From: the human T2T-CHM13v2.0 reference genome, Homo sapiens
Strand: one strand, 5' to 3'
Assembly: GCF_009914755.1 (NCBI RefSeq)
Contig: NC_060944.1
DNA length: 64,000 bases
The notes under the pieces were generated by a model. That model did no database searches, was not told the origin of the DNA, and was given only the letters and a program-made list of their open reading frames with translations. The position numbers and the translations under genes were made by a program. Positions 1 through 16,774 of the stretch are shown piece by piece (positions within the stretch are counted from its first letter, which is position 1; each line of letters starts with the position of its first letter).

Positions 1-483
1 CCTTTAAGAGAAAGGATCTGAGATTGAAAGGTGAAGAGACTCAGCCAATTTGACATGTAGAATAACTGAAATAGCTCTTGGGTCTTTCGGCTTTATTTTC
101 CCCAGCCTTCCAAACTTACATTCATAAGCTCTTTCTTTACAGAATTAGGATCACAGTATTCTTTTGAAACCCAATGGATATGTGGCAACCCCAGGTCACC
201 CTCATTATATGTTCTGCTAATGCCTCTATGTTGTCCTCTAGTTGAACTGTGGTTTTGCACACAGACAGATTCCAAATGGATGGGGATTTCACCAGTTTTA
301 CTGATTTGGCCAAAGTTCTTAGCACCAGTCTTGCATTTTAATATGGCACTATGGTTCAGTTCCCAGAGTAACGAAAGATGAAAATCCCATTATTACCTAA
401 GATGAAAATCAGCTGTACACATAGTCCATATTTTCAGCAGACCATTTTTATGAACTAGAGCCAATGTACACATTAAAATCTCC

Positions 484-526
484 TTACAAGTCGCCCATCA
501 CCTTATTCAGCAAAGTGGCTTCATCA
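484..526 (-). other. Candidate exon start on the minus strand (lncRNA exon or short terminal coding exon, ...DEATLLNKVMGDL*)
   Basis: Minus strand reads CACTAAC (577-571), then an AG-free pyrimidine tract ending TTTTTTTTTCCCAG (AG at 528-527), then T GAT GAA GCC ... TTG TAA. AATAAA lies downstream at 97-92. Confidence 0.3.
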
Positions 527-1169
527 CTGGGAAAAAAAAAGAGAATAGATTTTGCAGAAGAACAGGAAATGTTAGTGACCAAATGTATTCTACAGAAAAG
601 AGAACTAGAGAAGTGACAAATCTATGAAATGATTTTTTAAATGAGTCTGATCAAAGATAGCAACCACAGAGCATTTTTTCTTTACATCAGAAAATGAAAG
701 AATAAATAAAGGACAGTATTAGAATATCTGCAGAGGTTAAACAAAGGGAAAAATCAGCTCTTTAATCAATAATAAATATACCTACATCCACTGCATCTAT
801 ATTTGTATTGATAACTGCATATTTATTTGTCTAGCTACACAAATTAGAGCTACTTCAACCACAAGGCTAATTTGAGCAAGGCTTCCCCAAGGTTTAACTG
901 GGAAGGGTTTAATAATATTTCTCCCATGATCCATGTGATCTTCACATGATTAACTTAGTCAGTGATCACATGGGAATCAGCTGAACCTTGAAGAAAAAGG
1001 CCTAGGCATGTTATACAGTGACAGATTTATTGGAGGATATTAACTAACATGCCTTTCCTCACTTCCTGCTTGCATTTGACCAACATCAACTAGAGCTGCT
1101 GGAGGTTGCCTTCAATTGCTCCAAAAAGAGGCAGAGGGAAAAAAAAGTCAGTTTCTTGGTAAGTCAATC

Positions 1170-1560
1170 AGTTTCCCAACAGAAAACAAATATTTATAGA
1201 TAGTTTTAGGAAATAACTAATTTAAAAGTTCTGGGTATGGTTAAAGAAACCAACAAGGAATGGGAAAGCACCAAGAACAGTCAGGAGAAAGCTTTATGAG
1301 CACTAGCCTTGTCACTCCCCTAAGTAAGAGTGGCAAGTGGGGTTACTGATACTGAGAATGTGCTGTGGCCATTGGCAGGCAATGGAGTCACTGCTAGAAC
1401 CATGGCCTGCTAGTGAGGGAGCAAGGCAAACAGTCACCCTAACATTTTTCTCCTGTGAATTCCAAGTCTTTTGCAGGTGTATTCTGCAGCTAAACTCGGT
1501 GGGAAGCCAGAGGTCATGGAAGCACAGGAGTTGCAATTTGTAGAGGACGACTTTCTGTGG
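1170..1560. mobile_element. Degraded ERVL-class solo LTR fragment (LTR33/LTR41-like)
   Basis: AAACCAACAAGGAATGGGAAAGCACC...GTCACTCCCCTAAG resembles recalled old ERVL LTR consensus; heavily diverged. Confidence 0.3.
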
Positions 1561-1659
1561 CAAAGATTAAACACAGATTATTTTTCAAGAGGGACAAATA
1601 GAACATAAACGACATACCTGACTTTTAAGTTCTGCAACTTCTTTTAAAAATGGATTTCA

Positions 1660-2890
1660 GATTTCAGGTTCTGGGGGAAGAAAGTAGACATACTTTTCCC
1701 TATTCCTAAGTATGATTTTAAAGCCTGAATGTGATAGATAGATGATATAATAGATAAATAGCTATACAGACAGATGACAGCTATATGTTAAATAGATAGA
1801 TAGATAGATATAGATAGATAGATGATAGATAGATAGATAGATGATAGATAGATAGACAGACATAAGACTCTGAAAGGTGGAAAGAAGAATACAGATGATC
1901 TAAGGAACACAGAACAAAAGATGAAATGTGATATGATTTTCTCGTTTGGGGGTATATTTTTTCCTTGAACAAAATTTGGAGGTGATAAAGCTGGAAACCA
2001 ATTAATGTAAATCTGTGCAGACAGAAAAAAGCCACAACAAAACCCTGTTCTCTCTAGCCAAAGTAAAAGGCAGCCTAATGAGACCAAAGATAAAATAAAA
2101 TAAAAAGTTTTAGAGAATATCTAGTCTATTCCAGCTAAACACCACAGCAAATCTATGCCCACCCCCCATCCCCATGCTGGCAAAGGCTGAGTGATTAACT
2201 GAAGGATCCAACCTCACCAGCCTATAACAAGGCACCTCAGAACTCCTGCTGGATGATCAGAGAAGACTAAGTAGGGAATCAAAATGTTCATCCCTGCTGA
2301 TTGATTACAAGTTTCCTCTTTTCCTACCATGTCAATGAAGACCAAATAGGGAGCCAGCACTTCCATTCTTACCTGGAAGTAACAAGGTGTCCCTCTGTCT
2401 TCCCACTGGGGTGGTATGAGAGGAGGCCCATGGAGAGTCAAGAATTTCATCTCTGTTCATCACTAATAAGGTCATGCCTCCACCATGGAGTTAGCAGAGG
2501 CCATGTGGAGAGCAGTAATGATGCACACCTACTCTCCCTAGCCAGGGAGCAGTGACTTCATCCCTCTGCCCATGGCCACAGTGCCTCTAAGTATCAGTAA
2601 CTCCACTCACTACTATTGATTAGGGGAGTAACAAGCCAAGTGCCCCTAAGACCTCCTGATAGCTGTTCCTGCTGCTTTGACATCATTTGTTGGTTTCCTA
2701 AACCATAGCTGGTCCTCTGTAATGACGGCCTTCCCCTCAGTTATCAGTGGAAATTTAGGGAGAATCCTGGACTTCTACCTCCACTTGGCAGTAATGAAGT
2801 GGTACCTCACTCCCCACCTGCCCCCCCAACAAAAGTGGTATCAGAAGAAGCCAGTTAAAACAAAAGCCTTAAATAATATCCTAGTCTCGT
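1660..2890 (+). mobile_element. Ancient L1 (L1MC/L1MD-type) 5' region
   Basis: GTAGACATACTTTTCCCTATTCC and CATAAGACTCTGAAAGGTGGAAAGAAGAA resemble old L1M 5' ends. Confidence 0.5.
1733..1861 (+). repeat. Compound (GATA)n/(GACA)n tetranucleotide microsatellite
   Basis: Directly visible TAGA repeats with GATGATA interruptions. Confidence 0.95.
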
Positions 2891-2899
2891 AACATAATG

Positions 2900-3025
2900 T
2901 CTTGATTCCTTCTCCATTCTTAAAGGATATTTTAACTGGAAATAAGATTTTGAGTTGACAATTCTTTTCTTTCAATACTCAAAAATGGGCATCCTACATC
3001 CTTCTAGGCTCTTGTGTTTTTTTTG
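2900..3025 (-). mobile_element. Old L1 ORF1 fragment
   Basis: TTCTTAAAGGATATTTTAACTGGAAATAAGATTTTGAGTTGACAATTCTTTTCTTTCAATACT is typical antisense L1M ORF1 3' sequence. Confidence 0.55.
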
Positions 3026-3031
3026 AGGGAA

Positions 3032-4712
<1,681 letters not shown>

Positions 4713-5611
4713 ACATACAAAGTCTACTGATATTTACCCCTTGGTTCTTTTTATCCTCACTGTATTTCCCAGCATCCTAGCCTCCATGCATCCTGAATCT
4801 CCATGTTCCAAGCCTACTCTTTGGAAGCCATAGCCTAAGAAGAAGAAGCCATGCTATGTCCTCTTTGTTTCTAACCAGCCAGCCCTGCTAGATCCACCAG
4901 CCCTCTTTTGGCCAAACTGCACACAACTTTAAGTGGCACAAGAAACTAAAGGGGGCTTCTCCACTTTCCTGCCCCCTTGTGCCTCAGGTTTCCTCTCTAT
5001 CTAGATTTCTCCTGGCATTATCTTTGCCCTGCTCTAGTTATCCCATGTCAGTATGGACTCTTCAAAGCCTTCTTCACCACACTTTGTATAGGAAAATAGG
5101 GAGCAAGAAATACTTATATTGGCTCAGAACATCTCTAACTCCACATTAACAGTTTCTACTCTGGGAGAGATATGATGTGAAGCCCCTTTCGCAAGCACAC
5201 ATTCTCAAACTCCTCTTCCAAATCTGATCCTCCCACCTCTTCCCAGGAAGGACTTTTTTCTCCTATTTTAATGTTAGGAAAGGATTATTCCAAAGATATA
5301 GCTAATAATGTGTCTCTGAAATTAATACCATTACCTCTTAGATGTATCATTGCTGCAGTGGGATTTAGGATCCACTAAGTCAAATTTTAATCTTCAGTAT
5401 TTACTTCCCTTTGCACTTTTGCTATTTTGATCTTAATTTTCTCCATTACAATGCATAGTCCAGACTTAATTACATGACAGACAGAAAGTATAAGAGGAGG
5501 AGAGAACATGAATTAATATTCTAAGGTATTATTTTACTACATACTTATAAGAATTGCATATTTTTTCAAATCCATAAAAAGACCAAAACTATGACTCATT
5601 ACATACCTTGC

Positions 5612-7948
<2,337 letters not shown>

Positions 7949-10208
7949 TTGAACAATTTTTTTTATACTCCATTTGAAACCTGTTACAGTCAACTACCTA
8001 CTAATCTGTATTTAATTTGATCACTGAACTTATTTTCATTATTTTACATTAAAAGAAGAAAGCTGGTGAATGTATTTGAAATTGAAACATTAATCAATAA
8101 GTAAAATGGATGTATTTATTGATGTATATTTAAAGTAATGTAGAAAACAATTACCTATTTTCCTCTAGCCATTGTAATCCCAAAGAAACAAGTCAATAAT
8201 ACTATTAGAGAAGACACCATTATACTCAAGATCTTATTGCAGTTAAAAGATTCCCCAACCCTAGCTAATGTCCAAATTTTAATCAGCAGTAAGTATAGCA
8301 TAAATTTAGGGATACAGGATCTGAGCATTTTATTAACATTAGTTTTCCTCAGGCAGCAATTTCTCTAGCAACAAGATCATCCCAAATTGCTAAGAAATTC
8401 CAATTTTTTAATCTAAGTTCTTTTACAATAGGCTTTATCTATCAGCAACCAATGAAGAAGGTAAATTTGCATAAGAATCTCATGTAACTGGCTTATTGTT
8501 AAGTCCAAATTTATTGAGGCATAAGTATAAACCCATTATTTTTTCTCCCAAGTTCTGCATAGTAACAATGTAACATTTTTAACACAACACATACCTTTCT
8601 GTTTAAGATAAATAATTGATAATTCAGTCTAATCTAATTCAAAATTCCTATATTATGTCTTATGTCTGTCCTTTCAACATATCCAGGGTGGTAGAGCTTG
8701 TGGAGATAGAGTGTATAGGTGTCCTTGTCTATGCTTTTACTTCTCTAAATCTAGGATTTTGGAGTAGAGAAAGGAGTAGTCTCACTTTGCTCTTTTCTTC
8801 CCTTTCTCCCATCTTGAATCAATTCCACCAGTCTTGAGGAAAGGGAGGGGGGATAGAAGGCCACATATACCTACAGAAAGATAATCATTTATCTCTCTTT
8901 AGTCTCTGCAAATGATCAACACCACTTTCCACCTCTAGAGATCAGATTGCACATCTCCTAGCTTGGCTGGTAGCTTCTTTGGTAGTCCTTTTGATCCTGC
9001 TTTGCCCCTAACCCTATATATTTCATACAGAACTACGAGAGCTATAGAAATCCTCTTCCATACCATCTGAAAGCCAAAGGGATATGGTATGTGAGTTGGA
9101 GTTGCGGAGGGAAGGGCTCCTCTTTTTCCCAGGCATAACAAGCATGGTCATTCCCCATCCCTCTGCTTTTCGCTAACCACGCAAGGCTTCAGCCTTTAGA
9201 GAGCCAAAAATGAGACACAGGAATACATCTCTACATTTATGTACCTCTAAAAATCACCAGGGCATACATGGCAATCTCTCCATAGAATTTTCTCACCATA
9301 ACTCATTCTAATGACAATACTAGAGTAGGCTAGAGATCAATCTGGGAAAAAGGGGTGCAGTTTATGCAGATATGCTCTATTTATAAGGTGATTCCTTTGA
9401 AGTCCTGTCTTATTTGATTTGATGGAATGCAGCAAGGAAATGCTGTTCTTGCATAAACATTGAACTCTTTATGACTATAACAACATCCTTTTCCTCTCCT
9501 TCCTCCAGTAAATTGATTGGAGAGAAAGGAGAAGGAAACTGGAAAATAAGGAATAAAGACAAGAGGTGCTGGGATAAAAGTTGGGACAGCAAAGAAGATC
9601 CAGTTGCCTCTTACTAAAACCTGAATAGCATGTCCAGTACCAATTATTAGTAGTTCTCTTTAGAATGTTGAAATATTTAATGCATTTAATGTCTCCCTGA
9701 TTTCAGCTTGGGGATTGAGTCGCCACAAATTCTAACTATAGGGAAAGTCTCATTTAATCTTTCGATAGTGGATAGACCCAAGTTTTAGAAGCAGAAAAAA
9801 AAATGTTTATACATTTATATTCTGTTACTCCTCCCTCCAATTCATTACCTCTTTCCAATGCAAAAGGACCCCCACTCTATTCCTCTGTAATCTTACCCTA
9901 TGTTTTTGAATTGTCTTTGTTTGGAGCTGATTTGTCATACATCTTTTAAAGATCAAGTTATTTGTGACATTGTGAATTATGTCAGATGACATTACAAGGA
10001 ATTTAATTTAAATGTATGCTCCTCTGAGTGAGTGAGTAGGAATCATCTCGTTCTTAAATGAAGGTCTTACACAGAATGGAAAGAGAAGAATTTGTAAATT
10101 AATGTGTTTCTTTGTTTTTATTTTTTATTTCTTTTTGGACCATTTTATATTCAAAATGTCTTCTGTCACATTTTCTCTCTCTTCTCTTTCTGGGACAACA
10201 ATTATACA

Positions 10209-10766
10209 TGGTAGTCCCTCCTTATTTGCAGTTTTACTTTCCATAGTTTCAGCTACCTATGACAAACCATGTTTCAAAAATATTAAGTAGAAAATCCCCG
10301 AAATAAACAAGTCATAAGTTTTAAGTTGCGTGTCCTTCTGAGTAGTGAGATGAAATCTCACACTCTCCTTCTCAGTCTCGTCCAAGACATGAATCATCAC
10401 TTTGTCCAGCATAGCCATACCATATGTGCTACCTGCCCATTAGTATATAAAGGATGAATAATCCTTATGTGAAAAGATTTGGACCATAGGTGGATTTGGA
10501 TCTATATTCTTTTGAATTTTGGAATATCTCCAATATACTTGTTAGTTGAGCATCCCTAATCTAAATATCCAAAATCCAAAATGCTCCAACGAGTATTCCT
10601 TTGAGCATCATGTCAGTATTCAAAAGGTGTAGGATTTTGAAGCGTTTCAGATTTCAGATTTTCAGATTAGACATACACAATTTATAGAAGGTTTGATACT
10701 ATCCATGGTTTCTGCCATCCACAGGGGCTCTTGGAACATATGTACCCCAATAAGGGGGACTACTAT
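10209..10766 (+). mobile_element. MER44 (Tigger7-derived MITE), interrupted
   Basis: Inverted ends GTAGTCCCTCCTTATT ... AATAAGGGGGACTAC; internal GAAATAAACAAGTCATAAGTTTTAAGTTGCGTG. Confidence 0.8.
10447..10684. mobile_element. MER46/Tigger4a MITE nested in MER44
   Basis: GTTGAGCATCCCTAATCTAAATATCCAAAATCCAAAATGCTCCAA...GATTTCAGATTTTCAGATTAG; TA at both flanks. Confidence 0.8.
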
Positions 10767-11149
10767 GGTCAGAGCTGGAGGAGAAGAGAAAGAAATAATT
10801 ATTTACTATATTTCACAAGTCTTATATCTTTTTTCATGTATTCTCCACTTATGCTCTCTTGAATATATTAATTTTAGTTATTTTAAAATCTTTGTCAGCT
10901 ACTGTTTATTTCTGGATCACCTCTGGGTTTGTTTCTAGTGTTTGTTTATTTTTTTCGTTGCTGGTCATAAATTATGATTCATATATTTTAAATATAGAAG
11001 AAAAGGTGAATAATATGAAAAGTAAGAGGAAATGTTTTAGAAGAGTATTAAAATCTATGAAAATAAAATTGGAATTATCAAACTGAATTATACAATATTT
11101 AGTCAAAAAATCAATATGAGTATAATAATAAATCAGACACAGCTAGCCA

Positions 11150-14100
11150 CCCAAAAAATCACCACTTGGTGCCTGGAAATTAAACAATATCCTTCTAAAT
11201 AACTTGCAGATCAAAGAAAAAACAAAATTTTAAATATTTATTCTGAAAAAAAGATAAGGTTGGATATGTCAAACTCTAAGAATAGAGCAAAGCCTGAAAT
11301 GCATATATTAGAGGAAAACTTCAGTTTTGAGAAGTTTGAATATCAAACTTCTGAAAACAGAATTCCAGAAAATAAAATTCAAATGAAATGAAAGAAAGAA
11401 ATGAGTAAAGTAATAGTGGAAATCCATAAAATACATAATAAAACTAAATATTCACTAGAAAAGGCAACAAATCAAAAATTGTTTCTCTGTAAAGAGTAAT
11501 GAAGTTGAAAAAATCTGAATCAGACTGTTTATGAGAGAGACTGACAGAATAGAAATTGCTATTATAACTGAAAAGAGGGACAACACTACAGTTCTTATTG
11601 ACAACAAAAACATAATTATAGGTATTAGAAACAATTATACCAATAACTTTGACAATTAAGATGAAGTATATAAATTACTTGAAGAAGACAAATTAACAAA
11701 GCTGATACAATAAAAAATGGAAAACAATTTTTAATGTGCTTGTAGCCATTTTAAAAATAATATTTGTTATCCAAACCTTATACAAAGAAATTTCAGGCCC
11801 AGGGGGAATAAGAGATTAATTTTCCCAGACATTTAAGGAAGAAATAATATCAATCTTTTACAAATATTTTAAAAGGAAAGAAAAAGAGAAAAATACATCT
11901 CAGCTTTTTATGAGAGGCAGCATAATTTTGATAATAAAACCTAATAAAGACATTGTAAGAATGGAAAACTACAGATTAATCTCTCTCACCAACATTGCTG
12001 GATAAGATCTGAATAGATACATTATTAGTGCACCAAATGCAATTGTATGTGTGTAATCATTATCACATGGGAGTTAACATTCAAAATCAAATGTAAATTG
12101 TAACAGTCAGATATCAAACAATGTTATTGTTACATTTTGAGAAAAAAAGATGGAAACAGTTTTATTATTTCTATGGGTGCAGAAAAAGCATTTGTAGAAT
12201 TCAATCACTCATTTAAAAATTTAAGTAATTACTTAAAACCTAGGAATAGAAGAGAATGTCCTCCATGTGATCAGAGATATTCACAGAAAGCCCACAATAA
12301 ACACAGATGAAATATTTAAAGTATTTTCTCTAAGTTAGAAGAAAAACAAAGATTGCCACTGTCATCAAGATTTTCAACTCTGTATTATGAGGACCAGCCA
12401 ATGAAATAAGACATTTGATAGATGGATAGATAGATTTATAAAGAAAATGATGGCACACATACAAAATAATAATCTAGCATAAGCTATTACATTAATAAAT
12501 TTAGAAGGATCACCAAATATAAGACCAATATAAAAAATTAATTGGATACCAGCAACAACAAATAAAAAGTAAATTTAAAAAAACATGCTTTACAATGATA
12601 CCAAAAGTATAAATTTCTGGGAATAAATGTAATGAATGGTAAACATGACTTTATGCTAAAAGCTGTTAAATGTTGAGGCAAATTAAATAACATTGAAATA
12701 AATGAAGAAATATAGTAATAAATTATGTGACTTAGTATCACAAAGATGTCAGTTCTCTTCAAATTTTGTATAATTCCAATAAAAATATAGATTTTTTTGA
12801 TGGAAATTAAAAAGATGATTATAAAACTTATATGGAAATAACAAATGAATTGGCATATTCAAGACAATATTGAGGAAGAAAAAAGCATGGATTTATACTA
12901 TCAGATATCTATACTTACTATAAAGCTATAGTAATTAAGACAGTGTAGTTACTCCAACAAAAAGAAAAAAAAATAGTGGGAGAAACAAAGAGAGTCTAGA
13001 AATAGAACCACATGTTTATAGTCACTCAATCATGTCAAAGACAGCATTGCAGTACAGTTGGTAAAGAAGGACTTTTCAGTAAATTGTTCTGAGTAAATAA
13101 TCTATACAATATGAGAAACATAAGACTGGACTCCTACCTCACAGCATGTGCAAAAATTTTTCCAGATTCATTATAGAACTAAACATAAAAATAATAATAC
13201 TTTTAGAATAAAACACAGGATAAGAAATCTGTAATTTTAGAAACATTTTTATAGGACAATAAAGCACTAACCATAATGGAGATTGTTGATGAATTGGAGT
13301 CTATCAAAAGGAAGATCCATTCATCGAAACAGAATTGACAGACTAAAAATATAAGCTAGATACAAGGAGAATATATGTCAATGAATACGCTTTATAAAAG
13401 GTTTAGATCCAAAATCTATTAAATACTTCTACAAGTCAACAAAGAAGCAGGCGACACATTAAAAAACAAGGGCAAGCATCAATCAATGAGTGGAAAAAGA
13501 AACTCTGATACACACACACACATATATATGATGGAATACTACTCATCCATAAAAAGGAATGAATTAACAGCATTTCAATGACCTAGGTGAGACTATTATT
13601 CTAAGTGAAGTAACTCAAGAATGGAAAACCAAATATTGTATGTTCTCACTCATATGTGGGAGCTAAGCTATGAGGACGCAAGGCATAAGAATAACAGAAT
13701 GGACTTTGGGGACTTGCAGGGAAAAGTGGGAGGGGGTGAGGGATAGAAGACTACAAATATGGTGCAGTGCATACTGCTCGGGTGGTGGACGCACCAGGTC
13801 CTCACAAATCTCCACTAAAGAACTTACTCATCTAACCAAATACCAACTGTATCCAAATAACTTATGCAAAAATACAATTTAAAAAACTGGGCAAAAATAT
13901 GTAATATATACTTTATAAAATAAATCATCCAAATGGCCAATAAACATAATAAAAGGTGTCCAATATCATTAGTCATTAGATGAATTAAATCAACCATGCA
14001 CCTACTAGCAAAGTAAAATGAAAAAAGCAGAAAATACCAAAGTGTAGGAACAGAGCAATTGGACTTTCATCTAATATATAGATATAAATTGTACAGGCAC

Positions 14101-14620
14101 CTTAGAAAACTACTTGGCAGTATTTAATTATATCTCAACCTAAGTATACTTAAATTTCTCTTCTAGGATTATACCCAAAAAGCATGTATACATACAATCG
14201 CTAAAATACATATATAAGGATGTTCCTACCAACATTAGTATAGTAGATAGAAAATTAAAACAATCAAATGTTAAGTACCACAGCAAAATACTATACAGAA
14301 ATTGAATGAATAAATATCCCAACATAATGTTATTAAACACAGACACACACATACACAAGAACTTGTACTTCTGATTTCATTTATATGATTGCATAATCAA
14401 CTTATTCTTGTTGGTAAAATGAGGATAGTGGCTATCTTTAGAAAGAAGAGTGAGTATAGTGAATAAAAGAGAATACCAGGTGGGCTTATAGGATTCTGGT
14501 TTCTTTATTCATGTGATGATTACACAAGGGTGTGTCTAACATTTTATCAGTCTGTACATTTCTGATTTGTTTACTCTTCTGTATCTATAAATGTTAATTT
14601 AACAAATCCAATTTCACTCT
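11150..14620 (+). mobile_element. Ancient L1 (L1MC/L1ME) ORF2 to 3' end, highly decayed
   Basis: Colinear L1 ORF2 landmarks (GCAGAAAAAGCATTTG, TACTATAAAGCTATAGTAATTAAGACAGTG) and an old 3' UTR. Confidence 0.85.
13478..13880 (+). mobile_element. L1PB1-like 3' end, 5'-truncated, nested in the older L1
   Basis: GGGAGCTAAGCTATGAGGACGCAAGGCATAAGAAT...CACTAAAGAACTTACTCAT; decayed TSD AAAAAAC(AA/T)GGGCAA on both sides. Confidence 0.85.
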
Positions 14621-14801
14621 GTGAACATTCAGTTATACATTCTTATTTGTTTGTTTATGTTAGTTGCTGCAATTAATAGAGTGCATAAAACATTCTTTAA
14701 ATAATAAGGGAAAATTTAAATTAAGAGAAATTAAATTTTTGAATTTTATTTCAAAAATTAATACGTAAAAATTTACGTTTTAAAATTAAATTTAAAACCT
14801 A

Positions 14802-15100
14802 GGCTGGGGATGGTGGCTCACACCTATAAATTCCCAGCATTTTGGTAGGCCGGGGCAGGAGGATTGCCAGAGGTCAGGTGTGCAAGATCAGCCTGGGCAA
14901 CATAGTGAGATGCCAACTCTACAAAAAATTTAAAAATCAGCCAAGTGTGGTGGAGCACACCTGCAGTCTTAGCTACTCACGGGGCTGAATTTGGATGATT
15001 TTCTGGATCCCAGGAGTTTAAGGCTGCAGTGAGCTATGATGATGCCACTGCTCTCCAGCCTGGGTGACAGAGCGAGAGCTTGTCTCTTAAAAAAAAATAA
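14802..15100 (+). mobile_element. AluJ (Jo/Jr-like)
   Basis: Diverged dimer with J-type GGAGGATTG, GCAACATAGTGAGA and GAGCTATGAT. Confidence 0.9.
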
Positions 15101-15179
15101 GGAAAATGTATAACTGGAATAAATGTTAGGAAGTTAAGATTCATGGTGTTGTAAGTTTATAAAAGAAGGACTTCATGTA

Positions 15180-16050
15180 GGAATATCAGGAAGAACTGCT
15201 CTGAGCAAGTGATAAAGTGCAATTTGACAAATGAAGGTGTGGTAGTAGGTTGAAGAGGCAGGACAGCATACTAGACCCAGCGACCAGCATCCTTAAATAT
15301 TCAATAAAGGTCAAAGGGTGCTGAAGGGAAAAGTGGTGTATTGTGTGATTGAAGAGATAGGTAGGGTCCAGATTGTAGTTTGCTTAAAAATTTTGGTCTT
15401 AACCCTAAGAGCAGTTGGGAGCATGTGAAGATATTGTAGAAGACAGTATTATATAATCAGATTTGTATTTTGAATAAATTCCCCTATGACTCAGAATGAG
15501 AGAAGGCCAAGAGCAGATGAGATAAGACCCTATAGGAGGCTACTGCTGTAGTATGGGATTCTTATATCATGGGTTAAATGGGTAATGGAGGAGAAAATAT
15601 ATAAATGTCTTTGTTACCACTCAACAGTACACATAAAAATGGTAAAGATAGTAAACTTTATATGTATATTTTACCTGAATTTGTAAAAGTATAGATGATT
15701 TTCAGTTAAAAAATATAGGGTGGTAGTAGGAGAAATAGAGAGAAATGAAAGGATTTGAGATCTATTTGGAGGCAACATTGACAGGATTTGCTGATATGTT
15801 GCATGTAGGGGGTGAGCTTGATGGAGGTGTCAAAAATAAGTCCCATATTTCTACTAGTGGATATAGAAGTCTGGGGATTTAGTTCACTAAGAGAGGTAAC
15901 ATTAAAATATGACCTAGCTTTGAGGAAGAAAACATTAATTTTCTTGGGAATGTGTTCAGTTTCCTTTGGGATATGTTCAGTTCAACCTTTCAGGCATAAA
16001 TTAAAGATGTCCAGGGGTCAGTTGTGTTTAGGAATTTGGAGCTCAGATAA
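15180..16050 (-). mobile_element. L2 fragment, with a small L1M 3' end at ~15600-15690
   Basis: Purine-rich L2 antisense motifs TAGGAGGCTACTGCTGTAG and GACAGGATTTGCTGAT. Confidence 0.7.
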
Positions 16051-16074
16051 ACCTTCCAACATAATAAAATTTAA

Positions 16075-16280
16075 TATAATTTAGTGCATTTTACTTGTCA
16101 AGCATTGTGCTTTACCTATCATAACTCATTTGTTCTGTAGAACTCTATGTTGTTGATATTGCTGTTAATATTATTCTCATTTTCCAGACTAGTGAAAAGA
16201 AGTGCAGAGGTTACCTACCCTGCCCAAAGCTAGTGTCTGGAGATGTTCAAATACATGTTGCCTAGCTCCAGAAGATATGC
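16075..16280 (-). mobile_element. MIR
   Basis: Core ATTCTCATTTTCCAGA...CAGAGGTTACCTACCCTGCCCAAAG. Confidence 0.65.
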
Positions 16281-16774
16281 CCTGAAACACTAATATACTA
16301 TGTGTCTGAATCACCCAAAAAATAGAAAACACTTTCTTGGCATTGTAGTAAACCCTAATCAAATGTAACATCATAAAAATTATCTCAAGATTCAATACAT
16401 GGAACACTGTCCCTCAAACTATTTCTTCCTTCACACCTTCAAGTTTGTGCATCTTGTCTCTCAGTTCTGGCATAAAGAATGATTTCACCTCCATGGGCTG
16501 TGCTTGTTTTCATAACCCTTGTTCTTAGCATATCCATCATTCTGGTCCTGTCTGCATCATCAAAAGAGAATGCAGCCATATCTTGAATTTACTGCCAGTC
16601 CTTTCTCCTGTTTTCTTTGAAAGTGGAAGGCATTTGTTTGTTTGTTTGTTTTTTCACAATGCTATGGATTTTTTCCACTTAGAACACTTATAATCTGTAA
16701 TTTTAATGGGATTTGGAGATGTTAACAAGTTTTCTGTACTAGCTTGAACCATCTTAATGCATTAAGATTCCTTG

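Noticed and set aside
430-530. C/D-box snoRNA-like motifs on the minus strand (GTGATGA...CTGA...GTGATGG...CTGA)
   Set aside because: There is no terminal stem and no recognisable rRNA/snRNA guide. The C-box overlaps a better-supported splice acceptor.
1055-1150. Possible minus-strand exon upstream of the 526 acceptor (pyrimidine tract-GAG ... GAA|GTGAGG)
   Set aside because: The GAG acceptor is atypical and all three frames contain stops. It cannot be supported without transcript data.
14700-14800. AT-rich palindromes (e.g. ACGTAAA-aa-TTTACGT)
   Set aside because: Short arms in very AT-rich sequence are expected by chance.
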